Assembly (NCBI RefSeq): GCF_009914755.1
Contig: NC_060928.1
Direction: 5' to 3' (one strand)
DNA length: 64,000 nucleotides
Source: the human T2T-CHM13v2.0 reference genome, Homo sapiens
How positions within the stretch are numbered: the first letter of the stretch is position 1; every line of letters starts with the position of its first letter. Made by a program: the position numbers and the translations under genes. Shown here piece by piece: positions 44,266 through 58,066 of the stretch. The notes under the pieces are model-generated. The model saw only the letters and a program-made list of their open reading frames with translations. It did no database searches and was not told where the DNA came from.

Positions 44266-45804
44266 TTTTTTAAATCACATTAAAAAGCAGAACAGCACAT
44301 TATGCCCATGCTCTATTTATACAGAATTGGAAGAAAACAGAAAAAAAAAATGATAGTTTAATCTGGGGATGGAAGAAATCTGTACATTTCTTTCCTTCTT
44401 ACATTTTCACCTTTGCTCATGTTGTTGATGTACTTTTAAACAACAAATAAATGTAATACAAATGAATATAAAGTCACCTAATTCCTTTTCTAAATCCTAC
44501 AACTTAAGTAGTCAAAAAGTAAGCAAAATATCTTAATAAGCATATTGTTGCGCTATACTTCCAAGTAGCACTGATCCAAATCAGTGTACTACCATAACAG
44601 GTGTTAACTGGTAGAAGTATCCATTGAGTGCGAATTAAAGTGATATTTAAGTTGTGTAAAAAAAGGAGTGCTTCACATATAACTTTCAAAAATTAAATGC
44701 AAAAAGTGGGTCATAGAGCAAAAATTACAGATTAAGTGACATACTACATTAAGGAATTCTGACCTGAAGTTTAAAATGATGGCATGGCTACTATATTAAA
44801 ATCACCTCTATATTAAGGATTTTATAACTGATTGAAAAATATGAAATAGTATCTATGAAAATACTGATTACCTTTTAGCCTACTGAGTTCTCATTTGATA
44901 TTAATCAGAATTTTGTATTAAACAATGCATTCATCTGACACATATACACATCCCAAATGGTTGAGATGTTGGGTCATACAGTATAGTCCTTATATCTAAA
45001 TCAACTAAAATTTCTTAATATAAATTAAGTACTGAATACCTTTTATTATTCTACTTTGCCCCAAAACATAACTTCGGATATCATATGTAGATTATAATTG
45101 ACCTATACAAGTGATAGTGCATGCTCTCTTTCCTATTAATCCACAAATGAACAACCTATTCTTAGGGACTAAAGGAAAAAGAAAACAAACAACTACAGCA
45201 AAAAGAAATATTCCAGAAACAGTGGTTCATAGGTTGAGAAGGGAGAGAAAGTGCATAAAGAAAAACTGCCTTAGGCCAGGGGCCCTGATTCTACTGGCAA
45301 ACTCAAGACAGCTGGCCTGGCTGTAACTAGCACTCTGTGACAACAGTCTATCTTACCCCAGACACCTGAAAATGTTTCTTCACATTACAAAATCAATGGA
45401 CTGAAATCTACCAGTTAGAACAGCTTAGTGGTTTTCCACTGTTGGTAAAAATATGGGACTTATGGGGACCATTAGTAATACTCCTACTGGCTATGCCTTT
45501 TGGTTTCTATACAATTTCTAGTAAGAAGAAATTTTTATACCCAACCCATCCAGAATGAGGAGTCTGGTCTGCCTGTTCATAGCAACTAGGTCACCAGTAT
45601 TCCTGACCATGAAAAGTCAGCACACTGTAATGACAATATATTTCTCCATGAAGACAGTGTAGCCATTGGTAGAAGCAGCACACAGACATTCCCATGGTAA
45701 CTATTTTCAGGAGGTTGGGATGGGGACATGAACAGAGGTAAAAAAAGGCTGATGAAGACACCCTCCACCCTCCACCCCTACCTGTCTTCAACCAGAACAG
45801 CTCA

Positions 45805-46086
<282 letters not shown>

Positions 46087-46989
46087 CTAGACAAAAAAAT
46101 TAGGAGCTCATTATTTAGCAATTGATTGTAATTATTAAAGCACAATTATTTATATGGGTTATAAATTGTTTATATAACCTAGCAGGTTATGATCAAGTCT
46201 GCATTCAAATATAAATACGTCTCCACTTATTAACAAAATCCTTTATTGACTGTTAATATAGTTAATATAGTTGTTAAGATCACAGCCTCTGAAGCCAGAG
46301 TAATCAGTTTTTAATCCTGACTTCCTTTACTGCTAGCTTTGAGACTGAGGGCAAATTTCTTCAACATGGGGATATTAATGACATTAAAATCATAGGGCTG
46401 TTAGGAGGATTAAGATAATATTTATAAAGTATTTTGAACACTATCTGGTACATAAAACGCACTGTTAATGTTGTTCCAAACTTTTCAGATCAACATTTGT
46501 CAACATTATCAATATTTTTACAGAGCACAGTAAATATTACCCGTCAAAGTAAACAAAGTTTTAAGAATTTCCTTTGTGTTTTTTTCTGGTAGATTTCTCT
46601 TTCTTCTGAACCTCATAAGTATTACCAAAAACTTAGTGGAGGTGACGCTATCCTAGCTGAGGTCTGAAAGATGAGCAGGAATCATTCAGGTGAAATAGGG
46701 AAGAGAAATATTTCAGGCAAAAATAATAGAATTCAGAGAAAGTGGTATACTGAAAGTTTTGATTAGATTTTATAAGAGCACAGACTATAAAGAGAAGAAC
46801 TGGGAGATGAGGTTGCAGCGTTAAGTAGAAAAAGAACCTGAAAAGCACTGTATGTCTTTTGAAGCAGTTTCGACTGTGATGCACTGCAGGAAGGAAGTGG
46901 TGTGATCCCATCTGTTTGTAAAAATGGGGACTGGATGAAAGGATGGCAAGAATAGAACAGGGAGAACATTGCAGTTAAAGTCAATGGAA

Positions 46990-48390
46990 GGTCCCATATC
47001 TTATTAACACAGATTCTAAACAGAGAAAATAGAGGGTAGAGAAGATGAATTATCAAAGAAATAATGAAAAAAGAATTACACAGAAGTAAACAGTTTGCTT
47101 AAACCTCCAAAGAGATGAACCAACATACAGATACCAGCATGATGAATGAAAAAAAATACTGTGAAATTAAGTTACAAAAGCAAATATAAATAATCTGAAA
47201 AGCTTATAGACACATAGACAAAAATAGATATAAATAATAATATAAAAATACAAAATATGTATTATATGCCATGTTATATATTTATATTGTAGATAATAAA
47301 TATAGCTACAAAAGAGCTAAGAATAAGGACAACATGGATGCTAGTTAGAAGACAAAGCACTACTTCTAAATTCTGAGAAACTGATTTTTCAGTTTAGAAT
47401 TTTATACCCAGCCAAAGTGGCAGGATGCTACAATACATATTTTCATACATGCAAGGACTCAGAAAGTTTACTTTACCAATGCCCTTTCTTAAGTAGTTAA
47501 TTGAGAATGTGCTGCAACAAAATAAGGAAGTGAGAAAGAAGTAGGGGATCCAAAAGATAGTGGAATCTAAGAAAGCAATGAAGAAAAGTTCTATGATGAC
47601 ACTAGTGTAGCAGGCATAGGGCTAAATAGTGTAGCTTGGAAGAAGAAAGGTTGGAGAACCTCAGTTTGGACCTCTGCAAACAGAAGCAGAAGGGGAACTC
47701 AACAGGATGCCTAATATAATGGAGTTTGGGGAGAGGAGGAAACAAGAACATGAGGCTATACTAGAGCAAAGAGTTCAAGGAAAAAAATTCAGAAACATCA
47801 GGAAAAATGAAAAGTTCTGTAACAAAGGTAGTATGAACAACATTTACATAATTATAGTGCTTATAAATAGTTTCTTTAGAATTGCAACTTTAGAATTAAC
47901 CTAGACAAAGCCCAGGAAAAGTTCATCATGGTTGTAGAACAGTATATATTACCAATGTGGGCAATTGTAAAAGAAAAAGTCCAGATGGAAAAAGCAGGGC
48001 TAAGGAGCGGTAGTTGGGAAAAAGAGATAAAGAGAACAGGGGATGCTAAGACACCTGTCTTACAAAGTATGAAATCAAGAGTAATATCTACAGTTGACAG
48101 AGCAAGAACTAAAACCATTATTTAACAACACAAGTGCAACCCATACAGTGACTTAAAACAGTGACAGAATGATTCCAGTAGGATAAGAGTAATGGCAAGT
48201 AACGTGTGGTGTAAGTCAAATAAATTCTCATCTCCCAAGTTAATGAACATTGTCTAATAAGATAAACAACTAAGCATGGAAAATAGGAAATACAAATGAC
48301 TACTAGAAAAAATAAAGTATTGAGAAACTGAATCTGTACTATCTAAATTTTTAATCATCTGCATACATTACTTGGATAAAAATGTAACAA
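46990..48390 (+). mobile_element. Diverged L1M/HAL1-like fragment
   Basis: A-rich ORF1-like remnants (caaagaaataatgaaaaaagaatt, tagaattttatacccagccaaa, catgcaaggactcagaaagttta); approximate. Confidence 0.5.
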
Positions 48391-48409
48391 TTTTTAAAAA
48401 GTATTTCTA

Positions 48410-48526
<117 letters not shown>

Positions 48527-49039
48527 CTAAAAAACAGATAATAGACAAATAAAAACGGTACATAAAACAGTCTAGTTACATTGCCTGAAATACAGATCCT
48601 CAAATATTTACAGTTAGAAAGCCAAAAGAATAGATGTTTGTTCTACATAAAATTAGGATGATATAAACTAAGTCTTAGCTAAAGGTATTGGAATAGTCTC
48701 CTAAGGTATAAATTAGGTATAAATCAATAAGGAGAAAAAGGAGAGGAACTAAGATAAAGACTTTATCTCTTTATACCACTTGAAGTTACAATTTATTCCA
48801 TGCAAAATTTGGTTTAGCCTCTCCATGATATTAAGACTTGGATCTATGCTGAAATTATTATATAAATAGCTTGTAACTCATTACTGCAGCAAACAACAGC
48901 TTACATACTTGTTAAAAGAATATTCACAATAAAAGCATAAAGTTAAATATTATATAAAGTTGCAAACATTAAATATGTCATTTTTAACATGGATCTATCA
49001 TCCTCATTAAACTATACTAGGGTAATGTGTTTCTAATTA

Positions 49040-49122
49040 TATTAATTATTGATTGACTATTAATTATTATTAATTAATATTATTATAATTAATAATAATT
49101 AATAGTATTAATTATTGATTGA
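49040..49122. repeat. AT-rich palindrome (21-bp arms) flanked by 17-bp direct repeats
   Basis: Arms 49056-49076 and 49086-49106; tattaattattgattga at 49040-49056 and 49106-49122. Confidence 0.9.
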
Positions 49123-50104
49123 AATAAATATTTAGACAGCATATCTTATCCACAATGTGATAGAGCCTTAAAAATTCAAATCAATTCAAGAGGGAGTTAT
49201 ATTAATGGATTATAGACATAATAATGGAATTCAAAGCCAATCCAGGAACCATGTTTTCACACCAAATATTCTCAAGTGCCATGAACAGAACAGGAGCCTA
49301 GATGTCTATTACTCGATTTAAAAAGTATTTGCTATGTTCTGAAGCAATTATAACAAGGGGAGCAACACAGGTGCCAACCTAGCCTATAGCATAGAGATAA
49401 AAATAACTGTCTTGTTTGAACGTCTTCCAAATTCAAAAGCTCCTAGTAATTTTCAGGGGAACAACATAAACAGCAATGGGCTTTGAATAGGAATAATTCA
49501 GTAGGCTATGATATACACATAATTACTTATTCAATAGGAAAAATAATAAAACCTACTCATAGAATGAATTTATCGACAGGTTTACGGGCTTTTGTCCTTA
49601 AATGGAAAGCATGTCAATGAGGCGTGTGGAAGGTACTCCTTCAGAGTTGAACGAGAAGTATAATAAAATAATGCTGGCTGTTGCTCTCTCTGAAGCTAAA
49701 TTTACATCATCCAGCCTGAATTCATACCTTGGCGCCCCACTGTCTGTGCGCAAGGCTTATAAAACATTCAGAAATTTGCTACGCCAGGAGGCAATTCCAA
49801 TTTTTAGTCAACCAAAAGTGCTGAACTTGGAGCAGTGTTTTTATGGGGTTTTACTCAAGGTTGGATCTCTATAGCAGTGATGAAAGGTAAATGATATAGT
49901 TAAAATACCATAAGTCACCCTCTGTGTGGCCCCAACATGCCCAGTGCAGGCTTGGCAGCACAGCAAGGAGGGAATTTGGGGGTTTCTGCTGACTGAATAA
50001 CACAAGTACTCAGATGTGAAATCATCGCTTTATTTAGCCTAAGATACACTTGAACATTTCAGATCATTTTTAACTCTAATTTTTTTGTGTGACCAACAAT
50101 TTCA

Positions 50105-50332
<228 letters not shown>

Positions 50333-52147
50333 TTATAGAAGATATCCTGCATGTGCTTTAAAATAACACTAGTCTACAAAACAAAAGCAAAACCCCTCAT
50401 CAGCATTTGAGCAAGCTTTACATCATTTACCACATTCTTTCATCCTAATAAGAATTCGAATGTTTTTAATTTATTAGGGCCCAAACTATGTTTGATCCTG
50501 TGATTTCACCCTGCATTTTGAATGAAATTATTTTAGCAATCACATTTTAAGTATATATTTTCCATAGTTTTTAAATATAAACAACACATTTTGATTACAG
50601 TTCCAATAAAGTATATAAGAATATGAACATTTTATATGGGTTTTAAATATAATATTCCAAAACGGCTAAATGCTCTTTTACTAAAAATGAAACAGGACCT
50701 AGTGGCCAATCATGGAAAGAATGCAGGAGGATCATTAGGGCAAAAATAATTCTTAATGTAGGGATGCAGTCCAACTTCTTTTGAAATTTCTGCCCTTGAA
50801 AATTATTTTACCTTCAACAGACTTATTTTTGGGAAAGAGGGTACTGAAAAATCAAAACAGGAATTAACATGCTGAGGCTTATTTCAAATAGATCAGAAGG
50901 CATTTGGAAGTTACTTACCTTTTAGTTCCACCTTCATTTTGAGTTATTACCTTAGTCCTATAAAGACCTTCAACTTACTCTTCTCTCCTCTTTATTACTT
51001 ATTAATTCTACTCTTTCCTTTCTTCTGCTATTTAGTATCAGTGGAATAAGCTATTATCCTCTAACTGGCTATACTTCAGAAATATGTATCTTTAGTTCTA
51101 TGTGGATGGTTCACTTTGTTTTCTCAGCTCATTATAGTATCTTAGCTTTAAGAAAAAGATATAAAATTCTCCTCTAGGATAGCAGAACAAGGAAGGGGAA
51201 ATACCTTCTTGTCTTATGTAGTTTTCTAGTCTTCTTAACATTTTTCTCTCTCTCTCTCTTTTTTTTTTGCCCATATGGTAAAGGGATATTAATTGTTTTT
51301 AAAAGCAGAATTATGCAATTATCCTATACCTTTTCATTTCCCTTAGAGCAACTCTCTCTTATTTTTACATGCTCTTTAGCTCTTGAAAAGAGTGGCAGAT
51401 TTCTAGATGCTCTAACCTCAGTGACTAAATTTCTAGTAAAATTCCTCTAAGGTCAAAAATGTCTGGATTGTAGTTACGAATGTTCACGGGAACTATAATA
51501 AGAGCCACTTGAAGGTCATTGGGGTCTAATATAGAGTAGTATAATTTGGTTATTTTAAATGCTCAGGTATTCATTCATCCACTCAACAAATAGTGAAGTG
51601 CCTATTACGTACCAAAAAGTAATAAAAAACTGGGGAAGTGATTACTCTGAACGAGCTCAGAATCAAGAATGAGTGATACATAAACATAGACTTATAGCGT
51701 AGTAGGATGGTGGGATCAGTTTCATGATACAGTGGCCATGGATTGCTAGGAGCACTGAAGGGGCACTTAATGTGGGTAAAAGAGAAGGAGTCTCAGAAAT
51801 GACATTTAAATTTTTTTTCTCTAATAAATAGTTTTACAAAGTAAAGACATAAACTTTAAATCTGTGTTTTAAGAAAGATGAGTTTCAAACAGATATAGAA
51901 AGTATTATGCAAAGTTTCTGATAAATATGCAGTACAAAAAGTATACATTGATATGCTATCTGTACCTGGAACTGTATGAAGCAATGTACTAAGCAAGAAA
52001 ATAAAGAGAAAGCTCCTGCTCACTCAAAAATATAAGAAGACAAAAAATCAGCTGCTTATTAAATGATCACTAATCAAACTATATTAACATTTTAGTCCAT
52101 CATCATATCAACATAAATTTACAGTGAGATGATGATTCCTTTCAGTC

Positions 52148-52437
52148 TTTTTTTTTTTTTTCTTTTTGAGACAGGGTCTTGCTCTGTTGCCCAGGCTGGA
52201 GTACAGTGGCACAATCACAGCTCACTGCAGGCTTGATCTTCGAGGCTGAGGCTATTCTCCAACCTCAGCTTCCAAGCAGCTGGGACTACTTGGAAGGCAT
52301 GTACTACCATGCCTGGTTAAATTTTAAAAATTTTTTTGTAGAGATGAGGTCTCACTATGCCCAGGCTGGTCTCACTATGCCCTGCACTCAAGCAATCCTC
52401 CTGCTCTGGCCTCCCAAAGTGCTGGGATTACAAACAT
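52148..52437 (-). mobile_element. AluJ SINE
   Basis: gagacagggtcttgctctg, cacagctcactgcag, ctcaagcaatcctcc diagnostics; small internal duplication of ggtctcactatgccc. Confidence 0.9.
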
Positions 52438-52439
52438 AC

Positions 52440-52634
52440 AGTAAGATAGAAGAAATAAATTAAATGTTTTATAGTATAGGAGGGTGACTATACTTAACAA
52501 AAATGTATTGTATTAGGGGTAATAGACACCAGAAATACCCTCATTTGATCACTATGCATTATATACATGTAACAAAGTTTCACATATACCCTGTAAATTT
52601 GTACCAATAAATAAAGAAATATTAAAAAAAAAAA
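52440..52634 (+). mobile_element. L1MA 3' end
   Basis: agggtgactatacttaacaa...tttgatcactatgcattatatacatgtaacaaa...taccctgtaaatttgtac followed by an A-tail. Confidence 0.75.
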
Positions 52635-52670
52635 CAAGTTCTGTCAAGAGACTATTAGACCAGGAAAATA

Positions 52671-53115
52671 TAGTTGGTCCTTTGTATCCAACTGTGATAG
52701 AAAATGTTTGACAAAAAAATTTTAAACCCACAGCAATAAAAATAACATAAAATAAATATAGTAGGACAATTACGTACAGAGCACTCACATTATATTAGGT
52801 AGTATAAGTAATCTAGGGGTGTGCTCAGAGCAGGGGGCTGAAGAATGGCTCCTCTGTTTATAACACATGGAACAGGCATCTGAGGTCACTGTGACAAGGG
52901 GCACAAAACTTGTGACTCCCTAAGAACAAATGTCCTACAAGTGTAACAAAAAAAGTAATCCAGAGGTGATTTACAGTGTATGAGAGGATGTGCATAGGTT
53001 TTATGCAAATATTATGCCATTTTATATAAGGGACTTGGGCATCCACAGACTTTGGTATGAGGGGATGGAGTGGAGTCCTCAAATCAATCCCTCTTTGTAT
53101 ACTAAGAGACAACTG
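52671..53115. mobile_element. MER2-type element split by a retroposed insert
   Basis: Termini tagttggtcctttgtatcc ... tactaagagacaactg; colinear with the copy at 37780-38079 apart from the insert. Confidence 0.8.
52816..52942 (+). ncRNA. SNORA11: H/ACA snoRNA SNORA11 (U107) family retrocopy, probably a pseudogene
   Basis: GGGGTGTGCTCAGAGCAGGGGGC...GAATGGCTCCTCTGTTTA matches my recollection of SNORA11. Two hairpins, hinge ACAGGC (degenerate H box), ACA at 52937-52939 followed by 3 nt, then an A-tail and TSD. Confidence 0.8.
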
Positions 53116-54338
53116 TATATCTAACATGTATATGTGCCTCCATCCCCAGAAGGATGACATTTGAAAAATGACACTGATAAAAACAGACAAAAAATAGAAG
53201 AAAAGGCATAGTGTTCATCCAGGGTTGCATACACAATAAAAGACAAATTAACAGTTTAATTCTGACTTTAAGGATCCTGAGCAAAACTGGCATCCTCTGC
53301 CCTCATGTTCAAATAAATTCAGTCCTTCTTTCTGCTGTCATCCATTGCTTCTTTAAACAAATTAGATCATTGTCTTTAAATCAAGTAACTGTTAACTATA
53401 GGCTTTGAAATGTCCATTTTTAATGACAGCTTTTACTCTAAGTATATCTCAGACTCCATGTGAGAGGCAGCACCCCTAAAAGCATTAGCTTCCATATCAG
53501 AATGTCCATTCACTTTTGCCTACCTGCTGGCTAACTGTACTCTCAGATACGGGCACTCCACGCTATTTCTGTAAAAGCGCAAAAAAGCCTTTCTGTTTTC
53601 TGTTTTACTGGCACTATGCACAGCACAAATGGATGTTATGTCCTCACAGGGTCGAGTGTTCTTTTAGGAATGCAAGGGCCAAGACTTGACTCTCACTGGG
53701 CGAGCAGTATGGAATGTGACAGCTGGTTGTTTCAGGGCAACTGATCATTGCCACAGTGAGCAATTTCTTCTTCAATAAGCAGCTGCCCCAGACATTTACT
53801 GAGGTCATACATCAATCCCAATACATTTCCCCATCCCCAGTTCAGGGGATGCTCAGCATGGAAACTAAAAGCAAAGGAGGAAAGGACAGACTACAAATCA
53901 TAGCTATCCCTCTCTCTCAGCCTCAGAAGATCTCCACTGCAATGACAGGACTCTAGACAGTCTAATCTGAGCCAAATACAAACTTTACTAAGAAAACTAG
54001 AACTTAACAATATATAGAGGAGTTAGGGGAGAATTTTCCCTAGTGCTCTTTTCAAACTTTTCTTTGACTCATTTATTCATTCTGCCATAAATACTTTATT
54101 CAACAGCTAACTACTAAGTGCCTTTATGTACCAGTAGTGAACAAAACAGATGAAAATCCCTGTCCTCAGAGAGCTGACATTCTAATCAGTGTTAGGCTTG
54201 GGAATCCCACCCCCACATCCTCTCCCCACCTGCTTTACAGATGAGAAAACTGAGAGTGAGAGAGTTGACATAACCGATCCAGGCTTTCTGACTTCTCTTC
54301 TGAATCCTAAGGAATCATCAAGTTATGGTAATATTCCA

Positions 54339-54826
54339 TGTGGTAGGCAAATAATGGCCCCCAAAGATGTCCTTGTCCTAATCTCTGGAACCTACGAATA
54401 TGTGACCCTTAAATGACAAACGGGGTTTTTGACATGTGATAAAGTTAAAGATCTGGAGATGGGGAGATTATCCTGAATTATCTAGGTGGGCCCAATGTAA
54501 TCACAAGGTCCTTGTAAGGAAAAGTGGAATGCAGGAGAGGCAGAGTCAAGGAAACATTTGATGATGCTGTTCTGCAGATTTTGAAGACAGAGGAAGGGGC
54601 CATGAGCAAAGGGGTACAGGCAGCCTATGGAGGCTAGAAGGGCCAAGAGAACAGGTCTGTTTCTAGAGACTCCACACAGAAACACAGCCCTGTAGATGCC
54701 CTGATTTTAGCCCACTGGGAATTATTTTAGACTCTGAAGTCCAAAGCTTCAAATAATACATGTGTGCTATTTTAAGTCACTAAATTTCTGGTAGTTTTTT
54801 TACAGCAGCATTAAGAAACCAATACA
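54339..54826 (+). mobile_element. MLT1D MaLR solo LTR
   Basis: tgtggtaggcaaataatggcccccaaagatgtcc...cagcagcattaagaaaccaataca; 5-bp TSD ttcca. Confidence 0.88.
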
Positions 54827-55689
54827 TTCCATTCAATTATGATTCTTATATTCTTGCATTCTTTTTCTTCTTCTCCTCACCTCATTTTATCTCTTCTGTT
54901 TCACTATGTAAATCCTCACTGTCTTTGAAGAACTTGACATCTCATTCCTAATCATCTTCCTGCCTTCAGTCCATCTTTGACAATTTAGCCAAATTTATAT
55001 TCTTGGGGCACTGTTGTGCATACACAGATCATCTCATTTCTCAAGAATTTTAATGGTTTCACCCATCTACAGAATAAAAATTAAAGACTCTACCTAACAT
55101 TCCACACTCTCAACTTAACTATATCACTTACATGGGTCTTTGGGTTAGAATACCGCAATGTCCTGTGTTCACATAATTCCTTGAAATATCACCTCTCTAC
55201 TGAGGCCAAATCTCCAAAAAATCTTCCCTTCAGACCTACCCCTCTGAAACTCCATGTGGCAGTTGTATACGCCCTATACGAGGCAGGGTATTCCTTTTTA
55301 ACCTAATTTTCTTTACTCACATCCTAGCCCTGCAATTAGATTGCTTTCTAAGTACTTGATTTATATTTTATGCTATTATCAACACTTTGCATTATTTTAC
55401 ATGTACTCAAAAGTTGAATAGTATGTGTTGTTGATGATAATGGGAAAAATGCCAGAAAGAATAAAATTTTTTAGGGTAATGTACTAACTGAACAATGCAT
55501 ATTCAAATAATAATTAATTATGTCTTCCCATTTTTGGCTCTAGCCTTTGCTTAATATTAAGAAACCCATCCATATCTGAGAACTTTGTGTGGCAGTAAAA
55601 ACTTTATTTTCTTAATAAGCCATTAATTATGGAGTTGAAACTTATAGCCTAAGGCGACACTGGAAGAGAGAAGAAAGAAAAGCTTGAGA

Positions 55690-56650
55690 TTATTTAATTT
55701 TTAATTTAAAAAGTATAGAAAATCACAAAGAATGAGACAGTAAACATCCATGCCTTTGCCATCTAAAACAGTGTTAGTGTGAGACTTGTTAAAACACAGT
55801 TTCGTGGGTCTACCCCCCAAATTTCAGATTTTGTAGATCTAGACTGGGGCCTGTATTTCTAAAAGTTCTCAGATGATTACAAATGCTGCTGGTCCAGGCA
55901 CAAAAGACGCATTGACAACTACTGATACAGAATTACTAAATGTTAATATTTGGTGATGTTTCCTTTATTAATACTATTAAATTAAGATAAAATTAAATTG
56001 GACTTCCTCTTTCCAGTCTTTCTTCTCCCCCCTGTTCCTCCTACCATAGTCAACCTTCTTCATTATACTGTTAAAAATACATAAATCTATACACAAAACA
56101 TAGTACTTTTATCTTTCAAAAAGGTTTCTTAAATGAAATAATATATAGGAATCATTTTGCAACTTGCAATTATATTCAATGTTGTTTTTTAAGATCAATT
56201 CATATAAATCTGGTTCATTCATTTTATATACAATATTGCATTCCATATCAAACTGTATTCATTTGATCTCCAAAGAATGGATGTTTGGGTTGTTTGCAAC
56301 TTTTTGCTACTACAATCTTTAAGAAACATCTTTGATTTTCTTCTTGTGCACATGTGCAGCAACTTCTCTGGCTAAATCTTCAAAAAGATTACAGAAATTT
56401 ATACCTTTACTAGCAAGGCCTAAGAGTCTCCATTAACCTCACATCCTTATCAGCATCTGGTGTTATCAGACTTTTTCAATGTTTGTCAATCTGATGGGCA
56501 TAAAATTGCATCTCATTGTTGCTTTAATTTGTATTTTCCTGATTACTGGAGAGAATGAACATCTTTTTTATTGTTATTGGCTAAGCTGGTATCCTCTTCT
56601 GTATTGCCTATGTGTACATTAGCCAATTTTGACCATTTTAGTTATGGTTT
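55690..56650 (-). mobile_element. Old L1ME fragment with a nested MER5-like element (~55769-55925)
   Basis: Antisense L1M phrases (ggatgtttgggttgtttgcaac, tctcattgttgctttaatttgtattttcctgattact); approximate. Confidence 0.6.
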
Positions 56651-57223
56651 TGGGGTGGGCTCTTCTTAATGAATTTTAGAATCAAAGTTAGATATTTCTT
56701 TAAGTGACTGGTAAGATTGATTTTATCCTTCTGTATATACAGGCACCTTTATACCTATGATTTATCTCAAGAGAATGTTTACAGATATTCCATGGTTGGG
56801 GGATGAGACAAGGATAAACAGAGGAGAATGATGCTTTTAGTTTACTCTCACAGCCTTCGTGGCTACGAATGGGCAGCCAAGTAGGTTGGAGAGAAGCTTC
56901 TAAGGAATTGCAAGATATAAGAAAGCAGTGCCCTGAAGATAACTGGCATCAGAAATAACATGATCAATGCCATTGTTTCTAATACAGTTAAGAAATCTCC
57001 TCCTCGCTAAAACCAGAAAAATTCAAATGCTAAAAAGCTTGCCATTAAAAAAAGGAGAAGGGTGGGCTTGCCATGTAACAGGCACTTTGTAACTGTTCAT
57101 TCATTTAATCCTTGACATAATTCTTTAATTTTCATTCCCATTTTATCACAGAGCAATCTGATGTTCAGAAAACTTACATAACTAGTTCAAGAATATGCAG
57201 ACCCAGACACTCTCCAGACTTGA

Positions 57224-57598
<375 letters not shown>

Positions 57599-58066
57599 AA
57601 AATATAGGCTCTTATGGACTCCTCTTTTATACTCAAGGAATCATGGAGACCAAGATCCAGTACATACTAACGCTTAGTCTTTAGATCTCATAAGGATGCT
57701 TATCTTCTTAATGCACATTTTCATCAAAGGGAATGGAACAATTTCAAAATTATAACTCTAAGAAACAAAGACAATCCAAAGTGGCTGCTAAAAGCTGGTT
57801 TCTTGGACTTAGGTTATAAGTCTCGTAACAAGTTTTCACAGCCAAGAACCACTTATGCAACATTAAAAAAAATCCTATGTATCAAGGAAAAGTGAATAAT
57901 AATGCAGTATCAAAAATAAGTAGATTCTTCAAGAAAAAGCAAAACTAATTTGTGGTTATAGATATCAGAACAGTGTTGCCCATGGGTGGTGAGGACTGAT
58001 TAGGGAATTAGTTATACAGATATATGTACATTTTTCAAAACTCATCAAATTGTTCATTAAGATCTG

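Noticed and set aside
49602-49874. 90-aa plus-strand ORF with ATG start
   Set aside because: No recognisable homology; length is within chance range. The region is better treated as possibly regulatory.
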